A stretch of 64,000 bases of DNA from an uncultured Candidatus Poseidoniales archaeon (GTDB lineage: Archaea; Thermoplasmatota; Poseidoniia; Poseidoniales; Thalassarchaeaceae). The DNA is taken from positions 22,098 to 86,097 of the forward strand of contig CAWVXH010000001.1 in NCBI GenBank assembly GCA_963934165.1, given 5' to 3'. The notes under the pieces are model-generated. The model did not search any database, had not been told where the DNA came from, and was given only the letters and a program-made list of their open reading frames with translations. Shown here in pieces: positions 45,973 through 56,289 of the stretch (position 1 is the stretch's first letter; each line of letters starts with the position of its first letter). The translations under genes were made by a program, and so were the position numbers.

Positions 45973-48522
45973 GTGATGCAGATGTGTCGAAAACGGGTTT
46001 TGGCTGGTCTGATTTGTGGTATTCTTATTTTTATGTCGATGAGCCCCTTGAGCGAGATTCAACTTGAAAAACAGACTCAGACAATCAATACATCCGATAG
46101 TGATGAACAAGTTGTGAAATTCACCCGAATTATGCCTTCAGCAGTACCCGAACGAGAAAATGATTGGTTTGAAATTACTAATTTTGGAAGTGAAGATGTC
46201 GAACTAGGGGATTGGACAATTGAGAGGATTCAATCCTCGAGTCCATGGATTTCAAATTTCAACGAATTTACTCTCATATCTGGCCAATCATTAGTTCTTA
46301 CAGAAAATCCAACGAATCTTCTAGAAGATGGTGGAATTGTTGCCCAAGATGGAAATATCGTTCTCAATAACATGCCTTGGTTGATAGATTCCGGTAGCGC
46401 ACTTCAGCTGAAAAATCCAGATGGAATCGTTGCTGATTCGATTGTTTTCGGGGGAGGCATTACAGAAACCGAAGGCTGGTCTGGGCCAGCAATATCCGTT
46501 CCAGGAGATGGCTCACCCGGCTTAATTCTGATTAGAGGAGATGGGTGCACTAGTGGTACCGATTCAGATAGTTCAGCGGACTGGGAAGAGCGGTGGATCA
46601 GAATCGGCGCATCGATTTTTTGTGATGGTGGCGATATTGCTGCACATCCAAATATGGCTGCATCAGCTTCAATTAGTCCAGGTACAGCACTTTCAGAACT
46701 ACTCGGTTGGCTAGAAAGTGCTGAACAATCAATTCACCTTAGTATCTACGAATCGATGAGTCCGGACCTGACAAATGCACTTTTAGAAGCGATTGAAAGA
46801 GGAGTTGAAGTGACCATTTTGTTGGAAGAAGGAATTTTGGATGATTCTGAAACAAAAGAAAATCAACGTGGACACGCACAAATATTGAGCCAATCTGGCG
46901 CTATTGTATATTGGATGATAACACCATCAGAAATCAGCGCACCATATGCGTTTATTCACAGCAAAGTAGCAGTAAAAGATAGTGAAAGCATTTGGATTTC
47001 TTCGGGGAATTGGAAAGATTCTAGTTTGCCTCCTGTTGGAGCATCAGGCAATAGAGAATGGTCATTATTCCTCGATTCCGAGCCAATGGCTCAATTAATA
47101 TTGTCTAGAATGGCATGGGATGAAAACTCGAATCACCTTCATATCGTAGAACATTCGTCTCAATATTCACCTGACGCTGGATGGTCACTCCCCTCTCCAA
47201 CAATCACTCCTGCGATCACTCCAACCCCAGATACTACCACTAGTTTTCGAACGAAATTATTGACCTGTCCCGACGACTGTGTAGACGGCCTCATCTCTGA
47301 GATAAATTCCGCTGATGAGTCAATTCGTATATCGGTTCAATATCTCGACATGGATTGGTATTGGGGATTTGGAGCCGAGAATCCAATACTTACTGCTCTA
47401 CATGATGCCGCTGTTCGCGGAGTCGAAGTTCGCATTCTTCTGAACGCGTATTATGCTGATGAGAGCGAAGATATTCACGATGCTGTAAATTTGTTCAATA
47501 CCGATTGGAATCAATCTCAAGGATTAGATATCACTGCCAGATTAATGTCGACAGCGGCTGATATTTGGAAATTACACAATAAAGGCATGCTTGTCGACGA
47601 TGATACAGTATTGGTTGGAAGCATGAATTGGGGTTCAAGTTCAATGTTGCGAAACCGCGAGATGAGTATCGTCGCGGAATCTTCAGAATTGGCTGCAATA
47701 TTTAGTAACTCATTCGAAATTGATTGGAATCGATTAGATGATTCAACAGATTCTGATGGTGATTTACTACCAGACTCATGGGAACTAATGTACGGCTTAG
47801 ACCGGCATAGTGCTGCGGTAATTGGCACGGCATTGAGCGAGCAATCATTGGACCCTGACAATGATGGATTGAATAATTTACAAGAATTTCAATTGGGGGG
47901 TGATCCGAGTGATGCTGATACAGATGGAGATTGTATTCTAGATGGAGAAGAGATTGAATTTGCTCAGAGCTTGTTACGAGCACCTTCAGTTGCAATGAAT
48001 TCGGCGGATGTCGATGAAAATGGAATACCTGATGGCGAGCAATATGGCTGTTCTGAAAATCCTGCCATCAATAATTCAGATAATGGAGATGATGGTAATG
48101 GAACCGAACCAAAAGAGCAGGATGAAGAGGAAGCCTTCGTCAATATTAGGGAAGATCCACTCTCTCAACCAGGAGCGAAGGTCTTACTCTACCTAATGAT
48201 GATTTCTGGGGCTTCTGTCGCAGTTGCTGCTGCGTCTATGTTTTATTCACCGAAAAGGCGAACAGAAGATGTCCTTTTCGATGATTCCGGTTACAAATTT
48301 GAAGACCCCTCATCATCGAAAGCGATTCTTAGTGGTACTAGTTTCGATGATGAACGAGAAGATGTACGCTCGCGTAAACAAGGAAAGGATGACGGGACGC
48401 ACGGAAAAATAAATCTCGATGGCTTTGGTTTTGAAAATGCAACTCGGGACGAGGTTCAATTCCTTTTAGACCAAGGTCATTCAATTGATGAGGTTCACAA
48501 AATTCTCGGAGATAATGAGTGA
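45973..48522 (+). CDS. Secreted, membrane-anchored phospholipase-D-superfamily protein (two HKD motifs) with N-terminal lamin-tail-like domain and thrombospondin-type-3-like repeats
   Basis: Signal 'VLAGLICGILIFMSMSPL'. LTD-like 'VKFTRIMPSAVPERENDWFEITNFGSEDVELGDWTIE'. HKD-1 is 'FIHSKVAVKDSESIWISSGNW' and HKD-2 is 'LHNKGMLVDDDTVLVGSMNWG'. Repeat motifs 'DSDGDLLPDSWELMYGLD', 'DPDNDGLNNLQEF' and 'DADTDGDCILDGEE'. TM helix 'VLLYLMMISGASVAVAAASMFY' plus a roughly 90-aa tail. Confidence 0.75.
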   Translation: MMQMCRKRVLAGLICGILIFMSMSPLSEIQLEKQTQTINTSDSDEQVVKFTRIMPSAVPERENDWFEITNFGSEDVELGDWTIERIQSSSPWISNFNEFTLISGQSLVLTENPTNLLEDGGIVAQDGNIVLNNMPWLIDSGSALQLKNPDGIVADSIVFGGGITETEGWSGPAISVPGDGSPGLILIRGDGCTSGTDSDSSADWEERWIRIGASIFCDGGDIAAHPNMAASASISPGTALSELLGWLESAEQSIHLSIYESMSPDLTNALLEAIERGVEVTILLEEGILDDSETKENQRGHAQILSQSGAIVYWMITPSEISAPYAFIHSKVAVKDSESIWISSGNWKDSSLPPVGASGNREWSLFLDSEPMAQLILSRMAWDENSNHLHIVEHSSQYSPDAGWSLPSPTITPAITPTPDTTTSFRTKLLTCPDDCVDGLISEINSADESIRISVQYLDMDWYWGFGAENPILTALHDAAVRGVEVRILLNAYYADESEDIHDAVNLFNTDWNQSQGLDITARLMSTAADIWKLHNKGMLVDDDTVLVGSMNWGSSSMLRNREMSIVAESSELAAIFSNSFEIDWNRLDDSTDSDGDLLPDSWELMYGLDRHSAAVIGTALSEQSLDPDNDGLNNLQEFQLGGDPSDADTDGDCILDGEEIEFAQSLLRAPSVAMNSADVDENGIPDGEQYGCSENPAINNSDNGDDGNGTEPKEQDEEEAFVNIREDPLSQPGAKVLLYLMMISGASVAVAAASMFYSPKRRTEDVLFDDSGYKFEDPSSSKAILSGTSFDDEREDVRSRKQGKDDGTHGKINLDGFGFENATRDEVQFLLDQGHSIDEVHKILGDNE

Positions 48523-49796
48523 TGGGTTCAATTTCTGAGTTCATTGACGAAGTTGTTTCGGACAAACTCGAAGATGAAGTCGTAATCGAATGGTTAAAGA
48601 AAATTTTTGCAGATGGACTCAACGAAGCTCAGACTATCGAATTAACAAAATCGATGCGTGATTCTGGAGAAAAGTTGGAATGGCCAGCTGAATGGGCAAA
48701 TCTTGTCGTCGACAAACATTCAACAGGTGGAGTTGGAGATAATGTTTCGATTCCACTCGCTCCTGCCCTCGCGGCTTGTGGACTCAAAGTCCCCATGATT
48801 TCTGGGCGAGGATTGGGTCATACTGGGGGAACTCTGGATAAATTGGAGAGCATCCCTGAATTCAGAGTCGATTTGTCGGTCGCGGAACTCAGTGAACAAA
48901 TCGAAAAAATCGGTGTAGCAATGGTCGGCCAGACCAATGATTTAGTGCCCGCCGATCGACGATTATACGCCCTGCGAGATGTAACAGGAACAATAGCTTC
49001 GGTTCCACTAATCACATCTTCAATCATATCAAAAAAGGCAGCTGAAGGCTTAACTGCTCTAGTTCTCGATGTAAAATTTGGGCGTGCTGCCTTCATGGTC
49101 GAGCGTGCTGAAGCTGCAAAACTCGCTCGCTCAATGAGCGCAGTCGCTAATGCACTGGGGATTCAAACAACTTCGATATTGTCTGATATGAATTCACCTT
49201 TAGGCTGCGCTGTAGGAAATGCTCTGGAAATTGTCGAATCAGTAGAAACACTATGTGGGAGAGGTCCGCTTGATTTGGAAGAATTAGTTTGTGTCCAAGG
49301 TGGGATTTTATTGTATTTGGCTGGAATTGCAACAGATGAAAATCATGGAGCTGTGATGATTCATGACAGCCTCAACGACGGCAGTGCTTTCAATAAATTC
49401 CTAGAAATGGTTGAATATCAAGGTGGAAACGCCGATGATTTCCTCACAGATACTACATTATACACTGCCTTAGGGTTATTAGATTCAAACCTGAATACAA
49501 CAGAAATAATTGCTGAGATTTCAGGGAACATTTGTGATATCGATGCGATGATAATTGCAGATATTTGTTTAAATCTAGGTAGCGGAAGGAATTCATTAGG
49601 GGGCGAAATCGATCATCGTGTTGGGATAATTCTCGAGAAGCAAATCGGCGAATTAATAGAAATTGGAGACCATTGGGCAACGATATACCATTCCGACGAA
49701 CTTGATGAGGAAAAAATTAAATCAATTCAATCATCTCTCCGAACAACTAATGATAACGTCGAGGTCGAATCACGAATCGTGGAGATGATAAGATGA
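48522..49796 (+). CDS. deoA: Thymidine / pyrimidine-nucleoside phosphorylase
   Basis: 'VDKHSTGGVGDNVS' and 'SGRGLGHTGGTLDKLESIPEF' are hallmark motifs. About 424 aa, so the bacterial-size enzyme rather than the longer archaeal AMP phosphorylase. The ATG overlaps the upstream TGA (TGATG); a GTG at 48519 is also possible. Confidence 0.88.
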   Translation: MGSISEFIDEVVSDKLEDEVVIEWLKKIFADGLNEAQTIELTKSMRDSGEKLEWPAEWANLVVDKHSTGGVGDNVSIPLAPALAACGLKVPMISGRGLGHTGGTLDKLESIPEFRVDLSVAELSEQIEKIGVAMVGQTNDLVPADRRLYALRDVTGTIASVPLITSSIISKKAAEGLTALVLDVKFGRAAFMVERAEAAKLARSMSAVANALGIQTTSILSDMNSPLGCAVGNALEIVESVETLCGRGPLDLEELVCVQGGILLYLAGIATDENHGAVMIHDSLNDGSAFNKFLEMVEYQGGNADDFLTDTTLYTALGLLDSNLNTTEIIAEISGNICDIDAMIIADICLNLGSGRNSLGGEIDHRVGIILEKQIGELIEIGDHWATIYHSDELDEEKIKSIQSSLRTTNDNVEVESRIVEMIR

Positions 49797-50866
49797 GATT
49801 GCTCTATATTGACAGGATTCGAGCTATAGCAATTCTTGCGATGGTTCAGGTCCATACCGCGGCCATTGTACCTCCTGAAGGAATTACCGTAGGAGACCCC
49901 ATTGCATTGGTTTCAGCTGCAATCGGAGGAATGGCGGCTCCATTATTTGTAACAATTTCAGGTTGGGGAATTTATAGAAGTGCGATATCTAGGGATACCA
50001 AATCGAATGATGATTTTAGAGCTTGGTCAAAATGGATTTTACCACGAATTACAATGTTGATTTTCTGCCAATTTTTAGTCAATTTTTTACTATCAACCGA
50101 TCGAGGAGGGCGTTTTGAATCATTTACTCCAGGAGTTCTAACATTACTGGCAATCGCTACGATAATCGCGCCAATAATAATCCATTTTTCTCATCAAACT
50201 CGCATTGTGCTATTGATTGTCCTTGCTGGCTCTCAATACTTCCTCGGAGATTTGGCTGGCACTGATTGGACCTGGTTTGAGCGTGTTTCCCAAGATAGCT
50301 TTACAGAATGGATTGAGCGTCTTCTATGGAATGGAACATATCCAGCACTACCATGGTTGGCTTACATTATGCTCGGCTCAATAATTTTCGAATTGGAGGG
50401 TGAGCCAAATACTAGAGACAAAATGATGTATGGCGGACTTGTAATCACTACAGCAACTCTGATTTATTCATTTACTTCAAATCAAATGTGGGCACTTCCA
50501 GAAGGAGAAGCAGTCCTAACGTTCTTCCCTGCCTCGACTACTTTCATCTTTGTTTCAGGTACTTTTGTTCTGATGACATTCAGGATATTAGAAGGTAGAG
50601 AAATCCAAGGAGGCCCCCCAACTGGTGGTCAAAAATTGGCAATTTTTGAACCGGCTGGGCGACTCTCGTTGACAATTTATGTCGCCCATTTCGCTGTACT
50701 CGGAATAGTTGCTAACATGATGTATGGTCAAGCTAGGCTCGATGTAATTCCTGCCTTCGCAGTAACCCTAATCCATACGGCGATTTGGATTCCACTATCG
50801 ATTTTACACGAACGTTTAATTTCAGATTATTCACTCGAAAAATTATTGCAGAAACTCAACTCGTAG
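49793..50866 (+). CDS. Polytopic membrane protein, acyltransferase-3 / DUF1624 (heparan-alpha-glucosaminide N-acetyltransferase-like) candidate
   Basis: The 'RLLYIDRIRAIAILAMVQVH' N-terminus is typical of this family (R..sLD.fRG.a...M...H). About 9-10 TM helices. ATGA overlap with the deoA stop. Confidence 0.4.
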   Translation: MRLLYIDRIRAIAILAMVQVHTAAIVPPEGITVGDPIALVSAAIGGMAAPLFVTISGWGIYRSAISRDTKSNDDFRAWSKWILPRITMLIFCQFLVNFLLSTDRGGRFESFTPGVLTLLAIATIIAPIIIHFSHQTRIVLLIVLAGSQYFLGDLAGTDWTWFERVSQDSFTEWIERLLWNGTYPALPWLAYIMLGSIIFELEGEPNTRDKMMYGGLVITTATLIYSFTSNQMWALPEGEAVLTFFPASTTFIFVSGTFVLMTFRILEGREIQGGPPTGGQKLAIFEPAGRLSLTIYVAHFAVLGIVANMMYGQARLDVIPAFAVTLIHTAIWIPLSILHERLISDYSLEKLLQKLNS

Positions 50867-53800
50867 TTGTCCAACTTACCGGTCCGAACCATTTGTCGCC
50901 TTCCTCATGTGAGGCTTTGATTCGCGCATAATAAGTCGTACTAGAACTAAGGCTCGTCAGTTCTTCATCATCCCATCCGACGACAGCATTACCCAAGCTT
51001 ACCGAATTACCCCAAGTGAGGGACTGATTACCCATATCCATGGTTCCATAATACAAAGTCAGTGTCGTGTTGGTACCATTATCATAAGTTTCCCAAATGA
51101 AATTTGTCGCTGAATTTGTTATATTCAACACGGATTCATTTCTAAGAATCGCATCGTAAACAAAATAATCACCCCTGAGAGGATCATTAACCCAAACCGG
51201 AAGATGGTCTAACGAATCGAACGTCGCCTGAGTAAGTGGGAATCCCCAGGCTGCAAAATATGGTGCTAAATTATAACCACTCGAATTAGAATTGTGTAGA
51301 ACCCAAGCATTGAATTCTTCATCGTCACCATTCGGAACTTCAGCTGTAGGGAGTGTGTAATAGACTACCAGTGCATTGGTTATTACACCCCACCCCCATT
51401 CTTCTTTAATTAACAAAAATGTGTCGAGTGCAATCCAAACTGACCAACTTGCGATATTGGAACCACCATCGAAATAATTTCTCATTCGAGTATCTCGAGC
51501 AACTGGGTCGACGGCGCTATGACCTGTAACACCAACTAATTCTTCCATCAAATATACGCTTGCGAAATTACATCCTGTCTCGGTCATACCTGGCAAAGTT
51601 GATGGCATCCACTGATGATTGTGACCCAATTCATGGAACATACCCCAATCGCCAGAACCGTTCATTTGTTCGAGGTCGATGACATCGACAACCGATAAAT
51701 CATGTGCCATGAATGGATAGCCAGAATGCATCCAACCAGCAGAAATCTGAGCGTCGAAAACCGCTCGCTCGACCCTTGGCCATGGTGAAAAACCGTAAAG
51801 TGAATGCTCCATTGATAGGGCTTGGTCCCACCATTGCATCAGAGCGCTGGCATTTTCTAAATCTCTGATTTGACCGCTGGGCACCGTCATAATGAAATTA
51901 TCACTTACCAATTCGGTCCATGGTGCCGGGTTATATCTTTCAGTGGTCTCCCATTGAAAATCACTAGTTACACCAAGAATGAACATAGGTGCGCGAACCG
52001 CACCAGAAATTTCAATATCGATTTCACCGAGTGTTGAGCCTGCAGGAATACCAACATAGATTGGGCCGCCGAAAGCATTTCCAATCTCAGATATAGGATC
52101 GGATATCGCCCACCAACGAGTAATCGAAGAATGTCGTTTGATGATGTCTTTGTTCCATAAACTGTCTGAATGTGCCCCAACCAATATGTAGATTCCAGAA
52201 TCGGCGAGTTCTTGTGATACCGTGACTGTAATCACCTCACCAGGCGCTGCATAAAGCCCCGTCGTCATTCTTATCGAAGACCTCGCACCAGAATATCCGA
52301 AATTACTTGGAAGGCCAGATTGAGTGCCATTGACAGTCACAGTGCGAGTAATCCTAGTCGCATTAGCTGGAACTTCACCTGGGAATTGAGTATGACTTGG
52401 GTGGACTGGTAATTCATCAGCAGGTAAATTTCTGACCAATCCTTCTTCTAACCGTAAAATAATATCTGCTACAGGGTCTACTCCCAAATCATGACCAGTA
52501 TTACTCCAAAGTGTACTATAAGGTATCACAGTCCACCCGGTTTGATTGACTAAATTTCGGAGTGGTGTCCAGAAATCTTCGAAATCCAGCGTTACCGCCC
52601 CGGTACAATCCGAAATTGATGAATAGGCGATTTCTGCTTCAGAAGAACTCAAAATCACACCATCAATACGATCAGCCCAAACAGCTTCAATCGCATTGTG
52701 AGGCGTGTATAATTCATCTGGAACCGTCTGGAAATTAACATCATTATAGCCCCAAGAGGTGGATACGAAAAGCCCACTGACCTTTGCAATTTTATTGCCA
52801 GGATAATTGTGGGCAGCATCCGAATTTGAATAGCTCCAATACCATGAATGACCCCCCATGACAATTCCACCACCATCCAGCATAAATTCTTCTAAATTAC
52901 GATTATCAGTGTCATCGTGGCCATTCCAAAATTCGTCAAGAAGACAATCGATTGCAGAAAGGTCGGCTGGCGTTACCGAGAGATGGACTGTGTAGCCAGC
53001 CGCTTGTAATTCGTCTTCATAATGGTCGAATCCTGCCCCATAAGCCAAGCCAACATCCGTTCCACCATCGCAAACCCAATCGATCGCACGCATAGTGAAA
53101 TCATGGGTTGTAGCAACCCATCCTTCATGACCATAACCGAGTATTTTCCCTTTGCCTACGTGGCTCGCCGAAACTATAGGATTTGAATTTTCATCCAATC
53201 CTATTGGGAATGACCATTCTCCAATCGGGAGTATCAGCGAAGGCCATCCACCGAAATCAGCCATGCCTATATCACGCAATAAATCATTTTGATCCGCACG
53301 AATATCATGTACAGTAATTTCGAGAAGTAAACCGACCGCCCCGCCAGTATTATTCGCCCAAATCGTATATTCATCCCAGGCAGTTCTCGTATCAGGCGTA
53401 CCGACAATCGAACCATTATCCAATAGGCTAAGCCCGGATGGCAATTGCGGTGAAACTTCCCAACTATCGATAGTTGGACCATCATTTGTTGCATAAATTC
53501 CAACCGATTCATTGGATTTCAAAACATAAATAGAATCGGCCCAAGAAATCAAATCAGGCGCCATGCTTGAAATTTTTATTCGAATAATTGTTGAAGTATA
53601 TCCTCCAGTATTATTTGCCCAAATCTGATGAGTACTCCAATCTTGGATAGAAGTTGCAACTCCACTTAATTGTCCATTAGTTGAATCAAAGAAAAATCCG
53701 TCGGGAAGATTAGGAGAAATATCCCAACTAGATGGAGTTCCGTCCATCCAAGAAGGTGATATATTGCCAATATCATCATCGATAGTAAGATCGAAATCAT

Positions 53801-54839
53801 AAGGCGTATACAACAGATTTACGGGTGCGATATCCTTGACTTCAATCAAAATTGATACTGTCAATTCCCCACCTGAATTCGATGCTGAAATGTAATGGGT
53901 TCGAATGGCATGTAATTCAGTAGTCGTCCCTCTGATTGAGCCATCTAATTGAACTAATTCTAACCCATTTGGAAGTGGAGGCTCAATTGACCAATGCAAG
54001 ATTTCACCACCCCCTACCATTGGAATTATCTGAACCGATTCACCGAGATTCAAATGGTAAGGATGGCCTGGATAATTCAATCCATTCGGTGCTTCATGCA
54101 ATGTAATTATACGAATGTCTACACTAATTGAACCGCCTAGATTTCCAGCGGTAATCGTATGATTTGAATCTCCTAAAACATATGCAATTCCAGAAATCCC
54201 ACCGGACTCATCCAAAGACAATCCTTCTGGAAGAGCGGGGTTGACAGCCCAAGTTTCAGCGAGACCGCCGTAAACATATGGCTCATCAAGGCCGCATTCG
54301 CGACCGAGTTTACACTGAATTTGATTCGTGGAATAAATGAGTGAATCAGGAGCAGCGGGAAGAATAAGAATATCTATAGTGGCAACTGAAGATCCGGCTG
54401 CATTGACTGCAATAATCGTGTAACGCAACTCCTCCGTAGCAATTGTAGGAATTCCCGAAATTTCACCACTAGACTGATCGAGAACTAATCCCGACGGTAA
54501 TCTAGGGTTTACCAACCAATTCTTTGGCCCATCTCCTTCAAAACTCGGCGTTAACGATTGCATCTGTAAACCGACGACCAATCGAAGAGAATCTACGCCA
54601 AAATTCAAATTTTTGGGCGTCAACATAAATCGGCATGCACTGCCTGTGAAAATCTGATTAAACGCGCAATCATCTTCTGTCACCCCTCCCGGTTCACAAT
54701 CCACATGAGTGGGATTTTGTTCACAATCAATTGGAGTGAGAGTCGGTTCTTCGCCCTCAAGAAAGCCTAAACATCCAGCGCTCAGCATCATAGCGACGAG
54801 GAAAATCGGGGCTAGCCGAACTGACTTCATAGAAGTCAA
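50856..54839 (-). CDS. 1,327-aa secreted lipoprotein-like protein: putative-Ig (He_PIG-like) repeats plus peptidase M60 (enhancin-like) zinc metalloprotease domain plus C-terminal Fn3-like module
   Basis: Lipobox-like 'VAMMLSAGCLGF'. There are five or more 'LP.GL.LD..SG.ISG.P' repeats. The zincin motif 'FHELGHNHQW', followed by 'LMEE', is encoded at 51621-51635. The accessory region 'IRMTTGLYAAPGEVITVTV' is typical of M60-like N-domains. Confidence 0.75.
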   Translation of the reverse strand: MTSMKSVRLAPIFLVAMMLSAGCLGFLEGEEPTLTPIDCEQNPTHVDCEPGGVTEDDCAFNQIFTGSACRFMLTPKNLNFGVDSLRLVVGLQMQSLTPSFEGDGPKNWLVNPRLPSGLVLDQSSGEISGIPTIATEELRYTIIAVNAAGSSVATIDILILPAAPDSLIYSTNQIQCKLGRECGLDEPYVYGGLAETWAVNPALPEGLSLDESGGISGIAYVLGDSNHTITAGNLGGSISVDIRIITLHEAPNGLNYPGHPYHLNLGESVQIIPMVGGGEILHWSIEPPLPNGLELVQLDGSIRGTTTELHAIRTHYISASNSGGELTVSILIEVKDIAPVNLLYTPYDFDLTIDDDIGNISPSWMDGTPSSWDISPNLPDGFFFDSTNGQLSGVATSIQDWSTHQIWANNTGGYTSTIIRIKISSMAPDLISWADSIYVLKSNESVGIYATNDGPTIDSWEVSPQLPSGLSLLDNGSIVGTPDTRTAWDEYTIWANNTGGAVGLLLEITVHDIRADQNDLLRDIGMADFGGWPSLILPIGEWSFPIGLDENSNPIVSASHVGKGKILGYGHEGWVATTHDFTMRAIDWVCDGGTDVGLAYGAGFDHYEDELQAAGYTVHLSVTPADLSAIDCLLDEFWNGHDDTDNRNLEEFMLDGGGIVMGGHSWYWSYSNSDAAHNYPGNKIAKVSGLFVSTSWGYNDVNFQTVPDELYTPHNAIEAVWADRIDGVILSSSEAEIAYSSISDCTGAVTLDFEDFWTPLRNLVNQTGWTVIPYSTLWSNTGHDLGVDPVADIILRLEEGLVRNLPADELPVHPSHTQFPGEVPANATRITRTVTVNGTQSGLPSNFGYSGARSSIRMTTGLYAAPGEVITVTVSQELADSGIYILVGAHSDSLWNKDIIKRHSSITRWWAISDPISEIGNAFGGPIYVGIPAGSTLGEIDIEISGAVRAPMFILGVTSDFQWETTERYNPAPWTELVSDNFIMTVPSGQIRDLENASALMQWWDQALSMEHSLYGFSPWPRVERAVFDAQISAGWMHSGYPFMAHDLSVVDVIDLEQMNGSGDWGMFHELGHNHQWMPSTLPGMTETGCNFASVYLMEELVGVTGHSAVDPVARDTRMRNYFDGGSNIASWSVWIALDTFLLIKEEWGWGVITNALVVYYTLPTAEVPNGDDEEFNAWVLHNSNSSGYNLAPYFAAWGFPLTQATFDSLDHLPVWVNDPLRGDYFVYDAILRNESVLNITNSATNFIWETYDNGTNTTLTLYYGTMDMGNQSLTWGNSVSLGNAVVGWDDEELTSLSSSTTYYARIKASHEEGDKWFGPVSWTTTS

Positions 54840-54897
54840 AGGCGGCTATTGACCAATAACCCTAACCCAGACAGGCCCGAGAAAAATCACTTGACTA

Positions 54898-56181
54898 TCA
54901 ATCTAGATTTGGGTACGCTGGTCCTTCTTCGAAACAATATTTTACAGTCTGAAAATTTGATTTGAAATCGGCGACATCAATCTTCACCGATGCCGAATCT
55001 TCAGCAGCTATTAACGCCCGAGCAAAGAACCCAGCAACATCTTGCATCTCATCAGTACCCATTCCAACTCTTGTCAACTCTGGCACACCGAGCCGTAAGC
55101 CACTCGGTCCAGTCATAGCCTTGGTATCACCTGGAAGCATATTCATGTTTGTGATGATTCCTGCATCTTCGAGTATTACAGCAGCCCGGAATCCAGCACC
55201 AGAATCGATTCCACCATGCCTCGTCAAGATTTGATGACTAGCAGTGTAGCCACGATCCTCTGCAATTACATCGAATCCTTCAGCCGCTAAAGCTGCGCCT
55301 AAAGCCTTGGCATTGGCAATAATATCTCTAGCATAATCTGCTCCAAAAGCTTCAAACTCTGCCAAGGCGACAGCTTTTCCTGCAACATGATGAAGATGGT
55401 ACGATGAACAAGTTCCTGGAAAAATAGAATTGTTTAATTTTCTTTGAAATTTCTCATCATCAGAATTTGACAACATGAAACCGCCCTGAGAACCAGGGAA
55501 GGTTTTGTGACTTGAACCAGTCATGACATCAGCGCCTTCACGAAGTGGGTCTTGGAACTGCCCCCCGGCAATTAATCCAAGGACGTGCGCACCATCATAC
55601 ATCACTTTGGCACCGACTTCGTGAGCCACATCGGCGATCTCTTGCAAAGGAGTTGGAAAAAGGAAAACCGATTGTCCAAACAAAGCGATTTCTGGCTTTG
55701 TTTGACGAATGATCTCACACGCTGCGTCAATATCCGGCTCCATTCTTGCCTCATCCCACGGATATGTAACCACATTCAATCCACGAACCCCTACCGCACC
55801 CATTCGAGCGTGTGAAATGTGCCCACCATCGGCTGTAGATACTGCTGTAATCGTGTCGCCAGGTTTTGCTAACGCCTTCAGAGCAGCCATATTGGAGACT
55901 GTACCTGAAATTGATTGAATATTTGCAAATCGGCAATTAAACACACGTTTCGCCGATTCAATTCCAATATTCTCAATCGTATCAAAATCATCACATCCTT
56001 GATAATATCGTTTACCTGGTAATCCTTCCGCATAACGACCGTGTAAATCGGAATTTACAGCCTTTGCAACCAAAGGTGAGATGATATTTTCACTTGCAAT
56101 CATCGGAATAGAATCTCGGTAAAGTCTACCGGATTTATCAACAGCATCGAGGATTGAATCGGCTTGGGTTCTCGCGTCCAT
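54898..56181 (-). CDS. glyA: Serine hydroxymethyltransferase
   Basis: 'IASENIISP', 'RYYQGC' and the PLP-lysine context 'TGSSHKTFPGSQGG'. Start set at the ATG at 56179-56181 (MDARTQ). Confidence 0.92.
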   Translation of the reverse strand: MDARTQADSILDAVDKSGRLYRDSIPMIASENIISPLVAKAVNSDLHGRYAEGLPGKRYYQGCDDFDTIENIGIESAKRVFNCRFANIQSISGTVSNMAALKALAKPGDTITAVSTADGGHISHARMGAVGVRGLNVVTYPWDEARMEPDIDAACEIIRQTKPEIALFGQSVFLFPTPLQEIADVAHEVGAKVMYDGAHVLGLIAGGQFQDPLREGADVMTGSSHKTFPGSQGGFMLSNSDDEKFQRKLNNSIFPGTCSSYHLHHVAGKAVALAEFEAFGADYARDIIANAKALGAALAAEGFDVIAEDRGYTASHQILTRHGGIDSGAGFRAAVILEDAGIITNMNMLPGDTKAMTGPSGLRLGVPELTRVGMGTDEMQDVAGFFARALIAAEDSASVKIDVADFKSNFQTVKYCFEEGPAYPNLD

Positions 56182-56289
56182 GGCATTTGATAGAAAACAG
56201 GTCAAAGAGGTTAGCGGAACTCCTACTTCAGTCAATTTGTTGATTAATCGGTAGAAGACTTATTCTTCCCCACGCTCACTTGCTGCTCC

